Assembly: GCF_001194135.2 (NCBI RefSeq)
Contig: NC_068994.1
Coordinates: 58,517,305 to 58,581,304 of the forward strand
Direction of reading: 5' to 3'
Length of the DNA stretch: 64,000 bases
DNA from: Octopus bimaculoides
Lineage: Eukaryota
Position numbers and translations under genes: made by a program. This document shows, in pieces, positions 1 through 13,014 of the stretch; the first letter of the stretch is position 1, and each line of letters begins with the position of its first letter. Below the pieces are notes generated by a model, which searched no databases, was not told where the DNA came from, and saw only the letters and a program-made list of their open reading frames with translations.

Positions 1-43
<43 letters not shown>

Positions 44-3000
44 GTATATATGAGAGAGAGAGAGATCATGTGTTATAAACAAACTTAGAAGCGTTGAGTG
101 AGTTGATGTTTTACAGAAAATAAAGTAAATTTCGAACGCGGGACAGCCGTGAAAACAGCCTAGAAAATGGAAATACGTTGCCAGCAGGCAGGAAAATTAC
201 GCAGTAACTCTGGCTGCATGAACACCTAACAGTGAAGTGGACACTAGCATATTTATTTTCGACAATAAATAAATGTTAAAAAATCGAAAGTTCGTTTTCC
301 GTGAAATATGAACTTCTGCTAGCGTTTTCGGATTAAGATGATACTTGGGAGAAATGAGCAGTGTCTTCCTGGTCATAAATAGCCTTCCAACACGCGTTTC
401 TTTTATTCTTCCAAAGAAATGGCCCTTCTACAATCATCAAAACTCACCTATCCTCAACAACAGACTAGTTTGTTGTCTTATTTTACTCATTTCCTTACAT
501 TTTAGTTTGGCTTTGTACTCGCTAAACAAGGTCGGGTACTTATTAGAGCGGGGACGTTTTTGATCCATCACCGCCCATCTTTCCAGTGCTTTGTTGCAAT
601 ACGTCGTCGTCGTCGTTGTTTGTGGTATTCTTTAACATCGTTTCGCTTGAATAACATCAACAGCATCACCATCACCATCATCATCATCATCATCATCATC
701 ATCGTCATTATAATCTACCTCTTCATTTACCTTGTTCATATTGCTGTGATTGTTGTTGTTATTGTTCTTGTTTCATTACTCTCTGTCCTTGTCTAATTTT
801 TTTTTCCCCCTTGTTTATTTCTTCGCATTTTCTTGTCCTGCTGTTGTTGTTGTTGTTCGAGTCCATTTAGAACTTAACCAAGACCTCAGCAATGTCATCG
901 CCACCACCACCACCACCATTGCTACCGCCGCCGTCACCACCATCGCAACCCACGCAGTGAAACCACAAGAACCATGGAAATAAAGAGGAGAATGTGAAGG
1001 GCACCAACACCTTCCCTCCCCTTCTTTTCTCCTCCTCCCCCACCCCCCGTTATCACAGGAAAGAAAAGAGGGGGGCAACAGACAAAAACCCACAGCATCG
1101 GTCATGGACCCCCACCTCACTCCTACCTCCACCACCACCAAAAAAAGAATGACTCGACGTGTGAACTTTGAACCTGCGACAACGAGGAGGACATGGGTGA
1201 TAGCTGTAGTGATAATGGTGGTTGTTGTATGTGGGGTGCTTGAGAAGGGCTTGTTTAATAATCATGTATCTGGAGCTTAACAACAACTAGAGCAATAATA
1301 ATAATAATAATTCTGCTAGAACTGCATCATCATCACCGCCATCAACATGATGATTATCTGTACATCATCATCATCGTCGTCGTCGTCGTTATGACCAACA
1401 ATACAAAACTGGATGGTCACGGTTGTCTTTTGATCACAAGACTGATAAAAGCTGATATGAGAGGATTAATCAACGACTGCCGCTTCTGGACCTGTCGACA
1501 TCAACAAATACACCGACCGACCGTTTATTCTTCTCCTTTCTTTGTAGTTCTTTCCAGATCTATTCTATCTTTTCCTCACCACAAATTCAACTTTGTCCTG
1601 CCTCGCTAAATACAAGCTGAAAGGTATTATTACTATTATTATTATTAATTATTATTACTATTACTATTATTATTATGTTCTAATCTTGTAAAATGTCTTT
1701 GCCTGTATTATTGTTGTTTTTGTTATTCCTATTTATTATTGGAGAAACTATCAGTCATATACTGGATCAATTCCTATTAACCAAATCTAGCTTCGCTACA
1801 AATTGTCGGCACCTGTCTGCCCCGAGTGTTCCTAGTCATATGTTACTATTTGAAATTACTCTCACATAAATTACTATTATTATCACAGTTGTTACGTAAG
1901 AAATCATTAACTTTGTCTTTCATCGTTCTTGGGTTGATACAATAAGGCACCACAATAAATCAACTCCTCCCCGTGTTTTACGTATGAAATAGTTATTGTT
2001 ATTATTGTTAATCGTCGCTTTATATTCCGAATTCAGATCCCGTCAGTGTCGACTTTGTCTTTCATCACTTTGGGATCAATAAAATAAAGAACCGGTCAAG
2101 TACTGACACATTTCATTCATTTCTCCTCTTCTCCTAAAATGTCTGGCCTTGCGCCAATATTTTGGGCTGTTATATACGTATTCTCTGTTAACAGTATATA
2201 CACACACACACACAATCAATGCTATATACAGTCTGTTGGATGTTACATATTTCAGTTGATTTGTTATAAACACGACTGTTACATCTATATATACCCTGAT
2301 AGTGTTTTATATATATATATACTTGTCTGTTAAACTTGTATACACATCTGTTACACATACGTCTGTTGGTGCTATATATAATAGATATATAGAAACTTGT
2401 ATACACATCTGTTACACACACGTCTGTTGATGCTATATATAATAAATATATATAGAGAGAATTTATTCAAAAATTAGTAAACATAAATGCGAGTTAATTT
2501 CCTCCTGCCATCGAGTGTCGGAGGGCAGCTTTACTTTTCGTTCATTATAACGGATTTAGTTTATTATTCATTTTCTTTTTCTCACGAAACGGGAAATGAC
2601 CTTTGAGAACCGTTACTATTTTTTCGGACAATCCTATTGACCACTACCACCACCACATTCTTTATAGAAATCTGTGACATCGTCTAACAGACATTCTAGC
2701 CTCGTTCCTTCATACTTGCTTAGTCCCATGTCATCCCTACCAGGACAGTCCCATGATCAGACGCATTATAGCCATGACTATCTCGTTCTGTTTTTGTCAA
2801 ATTCAGACGTAGTGTACCCGGGGCGACATTGTTTATTTGTCTCCTTGTTTTTTCTTTTCTTTTTTTAAGACTGTGACATTTAATTTGAGAGGCATTTAGC
2901 TGCTATTTCTAGCGGGTCGACTGGAGAGAGACACCCGTTATTTTGTGGGTGTTGCTTAAAAAGATTGTATGTAAGGGCAGTTCTCGTGTCTTTGTTGATG

Positions 3001-3143
3001 CTTGCTTAGGGAGGTGTGTTTGTATATACATACATACATTTATTTATATAGGGCGTCTATATATAATACAGTGTATGTCTGTATGTGCATATAGCGTTTG
3101 TTTACTGAATAATGTTTAGTGAAGGGTGTGCAACACTGTCTAC

Positions 3144-3184
<41 letters not shown>

Positions 3185-5229
3185 NNNNNNNNNNNNNNNN
3201 NNNNNNNNNNNNNNNNNNNNNNNNNNNNNNNNNNNNNNNNNNNNNNNNNNNNNNNNNNNNNNNNNNNNNNNNNNNNNNNNNNNNNNNNNNNNNNNNNNNN
3301 NNNNNNNNNNNNNNNNNNNNNNNNNNNNNNNNNNNNNNNNNNNNNNNNNNNNNNNNNNNNNNNNNNNNCACTTTTTTTCTGTTGTTTTCTCGGCAGTCTT
3401 AGATTTCAGTTCGCTATATTCCACAAGATTAGTTTTTGTAAACATTGAGATAGAAATACAAGAAACTAATGCAACGCACCCCTGCCCCTATTTTGTGAGC
3501 ATCCCCTATCGTAAAGGTAGCAGGTGTTCCCCAATAGTTATTTGCCTAGCTCCCTGAACACCGTAGCCTTAAATCTCCTCGCTTTAATTTGAGAGACTAG
3601 ACGCGATCTCCCAAAGCGTTCGCTCTGAATCCACCCTACGAGACAGAGCATAATAGATGTACTGTTAACAAGTACCTACCTACCGTTAAATTAACACGAA
3701 CTGTGTTAGAAATGAGCATTTCAGAAATCTGGTTACCATAAGGTGGACCCCAGTTTTGTCTTATAGAGGTGCTGTTTTTTGGAGAGGAATAGATGTGGTG
3801 CAGTACAGACAGGCTGACCAGGTAGTCTGTACCTAACACGGGGTACTTGTTTACAGATGGCTAGATTGTATCCAGCACCTGATTTTACAGTTTGGTGGAT
3901 TGTCCCCAACTCATGGTACTTGTTTACAGCTAAGCAGACTGTTAGTAACACGTGGTACCTAAGTACAGCTAGGTAGATTGTACTTCTGTCTACACAAATC
4001 TGCCTGAATGCTACAGGTTTCCACTGTGGTTCATACAGTAAGAGCACAATGATAGCAATCCATATCAGCTGTTGGCACTGGTACACATTTTCTGGCAAGT
4101 GGTGTAGAGCAACATGAAGTGAAGTAACTTGCTCAAGGTCAGAATGTGCCACCTTACTGAAACCAGTCAGGTTCAATAAGGAATCAAAACCATGATAAAA
4201 TTCTTATATATGATAAGGCTGTGTGGGTAAGAGGCTTGCTTCCCAAGCATGTGATCTCACGTTCAGTCCCACTGTGCAGCACCTTGAGCAAATGTCAACT
4301 GTAGCCCTGGGTCAGCCAAAGCTTTGTGAATGGATTTCATAGATGGAAACTGAAAGAAGCCCATCGTACATGTGTGTGTACCTTTATCTTGACGTCATGT
4401 GATGGTTGTAAATGAGCATCAACGTTACCTGGCTTTGAAGCAGGTGAGGGTTGGAGACCAGAAAGGTATCCAACTGTAGAGAATGTGCCTCAATAAATTT
4501 CCTCTGGCCCAAGCAAGCATGGAAAAGTGGACATTAAATGGTGATGAAAGCAGGATAAAATATTTATCTTACCACAGCAGAATTGATAGTGGTGATGGGG
4601 CCACCTAAAAAGCACTGGTGATTGTGCCACATAAAAAGCACTGGGCTGGTGCCACTTAAAAAGCACTGGGGCTGGTGCCACATAAAATGCGTCCAGCACA
4701 CTGTAAAATGGTTGGTGTTAGGGAGGGCATCCAGCCATAGAAACTATACCGGAACAGAGTGAACCCTGTTGCAACCCCCTGTCCCCAGGCCTTACCAGCT
4801 GCTGTCAAACCATCTGACCCATGCCAGCATAGAAAACGGACGTTAAATGATAATGATAAAACAGTGAATGTCTGTTTGAACTTATTTTGTTCCTGGGCAG
4901 CAGACGTTTTGCAATGGAGTCACAGTTTTTCATTTAGAAAGATTGTTAAATCACCTGACATTCTTCTTTTTTAGCTCCTGACGCAAATATTGGTTTCAAA
5001 TTTTGGCACAAGGCCAGCAATTTCGGGGAAGAAGTTGAGTCAATTACATTGACCCCAGTACTCAACTGGTACTTGTACAAAGACAGTAACTGGAGATATT
5101 GCAGCAGTTCTAATATACCAGGCAGCAATTATCAATGGTATAGGATGAAGGTCTGAAATCCTCACGAGGACCACACAGACAATGATTGCACCCCCTAAAC
5201 TCTAATCGATATGGAGAGATAAGAGCATC

Positions 5230-5640
5230 ACTAGAATGAGACGGCTGTGTGTACTGGTACTTTCCATCTTGCTGTCTGTTTGAGAGCCATGGACGTTGGA
5301 AGAGAGATTCAGAGGAAGTAAAAGGGATTGGGGACGTTTCTGCAACATTTTAAGTATTTCATATTGGGACCACATCATGAATGAATGGGTTTGTGAAAAC
5401 CATGCACCATCACACTGGTTGCCATGAAGGACTTCTTCTTACAATGGAGAAGAAAAGAAAGCTGAGACAATAGGGCCATAACTGCAAGATCCAGTGACCT
5501 TGCAAAGACCATTCTTCTCAGAACTGTAGAAGGGGCAACGAGAAGCAGGCATAAGAAAATATGGACAAACATCAAGGAATAAATGGGAAAATTCTTAGTA
5601 GAGATTCGAGCTCTGGAACAGAAGGAGGAAACTGGTATAC
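5230..5640 (+). pseudogene. RTE-clade LINE C-terminal relic
   Basis: Frameshifted KRKLR...LAKTILLRTVEGATRSRHKKIW-NIKE, like the RTE ORF C-terminus. Confidence 0.6.
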
Positions 5641-5855
5641 AGTATGTCACGACGACACTTCTGTTGCAACATTAATAGTTGAGGTCAAAAGACATGATAA
5701 AATATTTATATTATATCATAATAAAGTACTTATACATTCTTAAACACTTATAAATGATAAATCGCTTATACTTGATAACAAATGCTTACGTATACTAAAA
5801 TACTTATGTATGTTGAAATACTTGCACATAGCAAAATACTTATATATACAAAATA

Positions 5856-5933
5856 ACTTGGCGATATCACGTTGAAAGCACTGGTTCTCGTCCGATCATC
5901 GAAGTTAAGCAACATCAAGCCTAGTGAGTACTT
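5856..5933 (+). pseudogene. 3'-truncated 5S rRNA pseudogene / 5S-derived fragment
   Basis: cacgttgaaagcactggttctcgtccgatcatcgaagttaagcaac...agtactt matches the first ~78 nt of metazoan 5S rRNA; box C and terminator absent. Confidence 0.85.
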
Positions 5934-7423
5934 CGCTGCAGAGGATGATGATGATACTGAAATACTGATGGACGTGTTGAATATGCACACCACCACCCCA
6001 CCCTTCCTATTGTTCCTAATTTTTTTCAGATTCATATGTTTTCAACATCAGAGATTATAATTTCGCTTCCAAAAAAACAGTTTATTTTAAAATTTCATTT
6101 CTCCTCCACTCCCAAACATTTTGTTTATAACTGTCATTTTTTTTTTTTTTGATAACACATCTAAAAATAGAGATTGCAATTATGAAAAAAAAAAAAAGGG
6201 TTTCTTTTCAAAATTTCAATCTTTCAAAAATTCTCTCGACCCTTCTCTTCTTACTTTTTCAAATCCCCACACCTACCCAATCTCAATGCCCTGGAAGTTT
6301 TGAAACCCTTCTGTCCATTTGTGGGATGAGCATCTCTATGTTGCCATTCAACAGACTAGAAAGTTCCAAACNNNNNNNNNNNNNNNNNNNNNNNNNNNNN
6401 NNNNNNNNNNNNNNNNNNNNNNNNNNNNNNNNNNNNNNNNNNNNNNNNNNNNNNNNNNNNNNNNNNNNNNNNNNNNNNNNNNNNNNNNNNNNNNNNNNNN
6501 NNNNNNNNNNNNNNNNNNNNNNNNNNNNNNNNNNNNNNNNNNNNNNNNNNNNNNNNNNNNNNNNNNNNNNNNNNNNNNNNNNNNNNNNNNNNNNNNNNNN
6601 NNNNNNNNNNNNNNNNNNNNNNNNNNNNNNNNNNNNNNNNNNNNNNNNNNNNNNNNNNNNNNNNNNNNNNNNNNNNNNNNNNNNNNNNNNNNNNNNNNNN
6701 NNNNNNNNNNNNNNNNNNNNNNNNNNNNNNNNNNNNNNNNNNNNNNNNNNNNNNNNNNNNNNNNNNNNNNNNNNNNNNNNNNNNNNNNNNNNNNNNNNNN
6801 NNNNNNNNNNNNNNNNNNNNNNNNNNNNNNNNNNNNNNNNNNNNNNNNNNNNNNNNNNNNNNNNNNNNNNNNNNNNNNNNNNNNNNNNNNNNNNNNNNNN
6901 NNNNNNNNNNNNNNNNNNNNNNNNNNNNNNNNNNNNNNNNNNNNNNNNNNNNNNNNNNNNNNNNNNNNNNNNNNNNNNNNNNNNNNNNNNNNNNNNNNNN
7001 NNNNNNNNNNNNNNNNNNNNNNNNNNNNNNNNNNNNNNNNNNNNNNNNNNNNNNNNNNNNNNNNNNNNNNNNNNNNNNNNNNNNNNNNNNNNNNNNNNNN
7101 NNNNNNNNNNNNNNNNNNNNNNNNNNNNNNNNNNNNNNNNNNNNNNNNNNNNNNNNNNNNNNNNNNNNNNNNNNNNNNNNNNNNNNNNNNNNNNNNNNNN
7201 NNNNNNNNNNNNNNNNNNNNNNNNNNNNNNNNNNNNNNNNNGTTTCTATGGGAACATAAAACAAATAACATTGTCTGCTGAATGGAATGTCAAGAATGGC
7301 TGCATTTGATAGGCTTAAATTACAAAACATTTCAATTTTTAAAGCTTCATAACATTTTTTTTTATGATTAATTTCTCTGAATAATCGTGATTTTTATAAT
7401 TGGAATGCAATTATAAAGACTGC

Positions 7424-7590
7424 AGGCATGGCTGTGTGCTAAGAAGCTTGCTTCCCATCTACATGGTCCTGGGTTCAGTCCCACTGTGTGGCACCTTAGG
7501 CAAGTGTCTTCTACTATAGCCACAGGTTAACCAAAGCCTTGTGAATAAATTTGGTAGATGGAAACTAAAAGAAGCCTGTCGTCTGTGTGT
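7424..7590 (+). mobile_element. tRNA-derived SINE family A (GGCATGGCTGTGTGGTAAGAAGCTTGCTTCC head, (TG/TA)n tail)
   Basis: Dispersed copies at ~4213, 13015 (tandem), 33238, 58465 (+) and ~24790, 44900, 59940 (-); Pol III A/B boxes. Confidence 0.8.
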
Positions 7591-7819
7591 ATATACATAT
7601 ATGTTATGTGTGAAGTAAATGTAATGAGAAGCAAGTTAGACAAGTCGATAGACAAAAAATATTAGATACACTTAATACAAAAAATGTATGTTTACATGCA
7701 AAAATGTCCGACTTACACAGAAAAGAAACGATATCAGGAATTAAAATAAGAGTTTACAATAAGCCCAACAGCTGTTTCAACCTAATGACTGAAACAAGTC
7801 AGTGATAGAAGCTGTCAAA

Positions 7820-8030
7820 ATATTATTTACATTATTTACATTTGACAGATATTTGTCCTCATTTTGTTTGTTGTTAACACGTTTCGGCTGATATACCCTC
7901 CAGCCTTCATCAGGTGTCTTGGGGAAATTTCGAACCTGGGTTCTGATTTCTAAGGTATTTTTCGATGTTATCATTACTATTATTATTATTCATAGCCCAC
8001 GCTCTTAACCATTACGCCATATATAGAACT
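7820..8030 (-). mobile_element. tRNA-headed SINE with hammerhead-like tail (copy 1, box B deleted)
   Basis: Homologous to 31848-32172; box A TGGCGTAATGG, (AAT)n linker, CTGATGA...GAAAC core, (AATGTAAAT)n tail. Confidence 0.75.
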
Positions 8031-9559
8031 ATATTATTTAAACTCATAAATATAAATATTAACTATAGAAATATTTTTATGTAACGCTCCACTCCCTTGT
8101 TTGTCACTCTATTATACACTCACTGCTACACCCCCCCTGATTTCTACTCCCTCCACTTTACGTCATCTCACCCCCTCCCCCGTATGCTTTTTATTACTTG
8201 CTCTTCTCCTCCCAACTTTTTGTTCTGCTCACTTCCCATGTCCTCCTCCCTGATCCTACACCCATTTCCTTCACATTCCCCTCTTCCACCACCACCACAT
8301 CTGATAGTCACCACTGATCATGCCCCCCTCCCTCCCTCTAACCATCTGTTGCTCACCTTACACTCTCCCAAACTTACCTGCTTTTCACCTGTTCCTGTCC
8401 CCATTCCTCTCTTGTACTTTGAGGGTCTCCAAAACACCCCATCACCACCACCATCTCCTTGTATCCCTGTGTATCTCTTTGTCAGCGTGACCCCCTGTTC
8501 CTTGTCTCTCTATGATGCTCTGTGCCTCTCGACATGTGCCATAAACCATTTCACTAGTGCCAGTGCCACCAAACAAAAAAAAAAACAAAAAGCACCCAGT
8601 GCACACTTTTAAATCGGTTGGCCTTAGAATATAGTCTCTAATTGATGATGATGATGACGACAACAACAACAACAACGTTTCTGCACCAGATTATATAAAA
8701 GTCAATATATGTCACTTGAAAAACACAAAACAGAAAAGTGACAATAAAACTTGACTTGTGACCTCAATCATGGTTTTGGGGTAAAAGGAGTGGATGGCTG
8801 AAGAGAGGTCAGCAAATGGCAGCTGTCACCAGGATCTCTTGCACTTCTCTAAGTTAACTACCATGTTATTTTATTTTATCTTTTATTTTTTTGTGCATTT
8901 ATTTCTATTTTATTTTTCTGTTTTTTTTTAATATTAGCTGAGCTAACTAAACACTGAGTTGCTCTGACATTTGGTAGCTTAAAGCAAGAAGCCACCCCCA
9001 CCCCCACCAATGATTTTTGTTTTTCCTTTTTCCCAAGGCATCCAAGACTGGTGAGAGAGAAAGTGCTTTTTCAAGCCAGACACTTGACCTACATCTTTGC
9101 TACAGAGTTCACTCCACTCACAGTCACCCAATCGTTTTATATTTTTTGAATGGTTTCATTTGTAGGAATGCGGCCATGCTGAAGCACCACCTTAATTTAC
9201 TTTCTCTTTGTTTTGTTGAGAGACGGGGACAGGTGTCTTGCTGTAGAGTAGAAACAGGGATACCCCCGTTGGGAGAGAAAGGAGAGCAAGACAAAGAGAG
9301 CAATAGTGAGGGAAATGGTGGTGAAGATGGGTGGAGACCTGATGTTGAGGGATATTGGGGATGGTGAGAATAGGTCAGGTGATACAGAAGTTTGGACTGG
9401 GTGAGTGGGCAGGAAAAAGTGAAATGCCAATGGCCACTCACCTATTTCTATTTGCCCATTTTAATTTCAGTTATGCAAATCACCTTGGCCATAAATGTGT
9501 TCTTTTTGTTTTTTGTTTTTTTTTCTTTTACGTATCTATGTCTCGTCTGTTGAAGATAA

Positions 9560-10015
9560 TTAGGCATACTGCTAAGCTGATGATGACACCTATCAAGGCA
9601 GAAACACATGTCCGCGGCTATTCTCTTGTCTGCAGACAATCAGATTGTCTTCTCCTTAATGGTTTATCAGTTTTGGATAAACTTTTATTCTTGAAATTTG
9701 TGAAATTAACATGCAAGTGACTGAGCACTCCACAGACACGTGTACCCTTAACGTAGTTCTCGGGAAGATTCAGCATGACACAGAGTGTGACAAAGCTGGC
9801 CCTTTGAAATACAAGTACAACAGAAACAGGAAGAAAGAGCGAGAGAAAGTTGTGGTGAAAGAGTACAGCAGGGTTTGCCACCACCCCATGCCTGAGCCTC
9901 GTGGAGCTTTAGGTGTTTTCGCTCAATAAACACAACGCCCAGTCTGGGAATCAAAACCACAATCCTACAACTGCAAGTCCACTGCCCTAACCACTGGGCC
10001 ATTGCACCTCCACAT
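9560..10015 (-). mobile_element. tRNA-derived SINE family D
   Basis: Head GGAGGTGCAATGGCCCAGTGGTTAGGGCAG; related copies ~17010-17300 (+), 19540-19850 and 23330-23535 (-). Confidence 0.7.
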
Positions 10016-11499
10016 GCACACACACACACATACAACATTCTGTAGACAGTTAAAATCCAAGCTGTGTCCTTTCGAAGCAAATCTCCTAATTCCAGTATTC
10101 CCAAATTTGTTTGTAGATATTTTATTTGTGTGAAATATGCATAAAAGTTGAAAATACTGGGAAATATTTTCTGCAAAATAATATCAAAACAGGAGATTGG
10201 AAAATGGTGAGGAAGTAGTACCAAAAAATTTTCCAATCTCCTGTTTTAATTACACAAGTGAATACAAACACACATGTACATAAATGCATATATATACATA
10301 CATACACGTACAGATTTACTTACCACAATCAATCACAGTTATTCAGACAAACTAAAAATTGCTCTTCTTTCTCCCTTTTCTTTAAAGATTTGTTGTGATT
10401 AATACAATTAATTATTATAATTAGCAAGATATGCTTTCAAATAAACTCCATGATATTGTTGTCATGCTTTTAATGAGGACAACTCTTGAGAAAACCTGAT
10501 AACAAATTTCTTTTTTTTTTCCCAATCTATTTTCTAGGTGGATACATTTACAGTCATACCTCACCTGAAGACAACCCAAACTTACAGATCAAAGAACCGA
10601 AACAATTATTGTCGTCATCCTCATCATCATCATAATTAGTGTCATCATCTTTTTGTTGTAATCGTTAATAAATGGGAACAACTATCAGCAAATCTTTTCA
10701 AGACAACTCAGTGAAAAATCAAAAGTAATACTCATTGTTCTGATTGCTAAACTAATTAATTAATTAAAACACAGCAGCTTAATTAAAGCTGTGCGTGTGT
10801 CACCTGCTTGCTTGACCTGCTCGTTATTGGATTTCCCGCATATAGTTTCTTTGTCTTTATTTACTTTAGGGATTTCATTTTTTTTTTAAACATATTTGTA
10901 ATCGGTTTCTTATAATATTAATAATTATTTGCAAAAGTTAGAATAAGTAAATGGTTGATCTAATGATTGCTTAAGACAGAATCTAAGCAGCCACCTTCCA
11001 AAGGAATAAAGCAAGTTTCTAAAACAAAGACGGACAATTCATTTCTTATAAACAACACGTAACACATATATATAGCACATGTATACACCTATTCACACTG
11101 ACAACCTCCATGCATGCACACACAAACACACATGCATACACACATATACACACAAAAACATATGCTAAAAGAAAAATTAAATAAAAGCAACACAATTTTA
11201 CGCATACACACACAATAACATTGATTTGTTGAAAACATTTTGATCTAATTCCAATCTGTAAAAGAGACAATTCTACCTCAGTGTTTAAGGAATAAACACC
11301 ATGAACCAGGAATTAAATTGTTGCCACAATGGAACGCCTCGTAAGTACTGTTTCTCTCTTTTTATATTTTTGTCTTTTTTATTGCGTTTTTTTTTTATAT
11401 TGTTTCTTTCATTGTTGTGTCTTGTTGGCAGTGAATTGGCCGACAAGGTTGGTGGGTAGGACAAAATGGTTTGTGATATTTTGTTTTGGCTCCAGGCCA

Positions 11500-11715
11500 T
11501 GAGCTGGCAGGAATTGTTCCATGCTGAGCAAAATGCTCAGCGCCACTTCTTCTGTCTTTACATTCTGAGTTCAAATTCCATCAAGGTCGACTTTGCATTT
11601 CATCCTTTCAGGGTTGATAAAATAAGCACTAGTTGAACTCTAGGGTCGATTTAAGTGACTTGCCTCCACCCCTCCCCAGAAATTGCTGGCCTTGTGCTAA
11701 AATTTGAAACGAACA
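11500..11715 (+). mobile_element. SINE family B (GAGTTCAAATTCC...GTCGACTTTGCCTTTCATCC core)
   Basis: Copies at ~2020, 15905, 24330 (+) and 46600-46780 (-). Confidence 0.75.
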
Positions 11716-11869
11716 TATGTTGCATTTTTGAGTTCATTTTTGCATTTCATAATTTCAGGACCAATGAAATTTTTTTTTTAAAAATGGATTGGTGAGATTG
11801 GATGTCTTTTCTGTCACCAACCACTTTACCCTGTACAGTGGCACCAGCACTACTGAGCTCTCCTTGTTA

Positions 11870-12025
11870 GTGGTTGGCGTTAGGAAGGGCATCCAGCTGT
11901 AGAAACTCTGTCAGATCAGATTGGAGCCTGGTGCAGCCATCTGGTTCGCCAGTCCTCAGTCAAATCATCCAACCCATGCTAGCATGGAAAGCAGACGTTA
12001 AACAATGATGATGATGATGATGATG
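11870..12025 (+). mobile_element. Short repeat family C (TGGTTGGCGTTAGGAAGGGCATCCAGC...GTTAAAC(GAT)n), RTE-type tail
   Basis: Copies at ~4700, 15870, 46860, 57935, 58200-58410, 62820 (+) and 50860, 54180 (-). Confidence 0.8.
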
Positions 12026-12377
12026 CAGTTAAGGATATGTCCAGTCATTGAGTGACCAATGGTTTCACATATTAAAGGGCTTAGCCCCATGAGACTCTAA
12101 ATCCAAAGGCCATATATATTACATAGTAATAGTAGTCTTATTTTCTGATTTTTCACTCTGTTGTGTATATACATGTGTGTCCTGGAGGTTGGGTCCTTTT
12201 GGATTGGCAGAATCGGTAAAGCATTGTATTTTTTAGGTATGGCTTTTTATATTCTCCGGAGTATATTTGATTTCACTCCATTTTTCCTCTCCATATTGGT
12301 TAGAATTTTATATGTATATGTCCGTCTTTGTTTTTTATGTCATCTGTCTAACTCTTCTCTCCATCTGTCTCACAGCG

Positions 12378-12728
12378 ATGCCTTGGTTTGGCATGGATAT
12401 TGGAGGGACACTAACAAAGCTGGTCTACTTTGAGCCAAAAGATGTGTCGGACCAAGGTGACACGGAACAGTTGGAGACCCTGCGCACAATACGGAAATAT
12501 TTGACTGGCAATGTTGCATATGGCCAGACGGGCATTCGAGATGTCCACCTGGAGATGCCTGACCAACACATTGGAGGTAAAAGGGGCAGCCTCCATTTTA
12601 TCCGATTCCCGACCAATGATATGATGCGATTCATTGAATTGGCTCGTTCGAAGAATTTCTCCAAACTAGCAAAGGCAATTTGTGCGACTGGAGGTGGCGC
12701 TTTTAAATTTGAGTCGGATTTCAAAGAG
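12378..12728 (+). CDS. PANK: Type II pantothenate kinase, coding exon 1 ([20 protein letters not shown]...FESDFKE)
   Basis: DIGG ATP-binding motif and CATGGGA motif of eukaryotic PanK; acceptor ...tctcacag|cg at 12376 just before the ATG; donor GAG|gtaacg, phase 0. Confidence 0.95.
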
Positions 12729-13014
12729 GTAACGTTTCAAATTCTTCTCTTGTTCTTTATTGTCCTGTTTTGTCTTTTATTCTCTTTTTTTGTGTCATCA
12801 TCATCATCATCATTATCATCATCATTTGCAACAACTTTCAATGTGTTACATTGATTGCATGCATGTGGGAAGGATGTTGGTTCATGTGGGTGTGGGTGTT
12901 CACATCAGTGTTTCTGTGTGTACATGTTTGACTATATAAATATATGTGTGTGTGTATATACATATGTGTGTAAATGGTGTGTAGTGTATGTAGATATTTT
13001 AGATATTGGAGATG

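Noticed and set aside
2333-2450. ~61-bp tandem duplication
   Set aside because: Local TA-rich slippage duplication without coding or structural signal
4600-4700. Regular ~23-bp repeats suggesting a CRISPR array
   Set aside because: Eukaryotic context, no unique spacers, no cas genes; part of a dispersed repeat
3102-7330. Long ORFs containing X runs (also at 23.7-26.9, 36.4-36.9, 47.3, 49.3-50.2 and 51.2-51.6 kb)
   Set aside because: Artefacts of translating N-gaps; only segments with splice sites and domain motifs were kept
10672-10724. MGTTISKSF... myristoylation-like start with a donor, as an alternative PanK first exon
   Set aside because: Donor is phase 2 but the PanK acceptor needs phase 1; out of frame unless an A-run is mis-assembled
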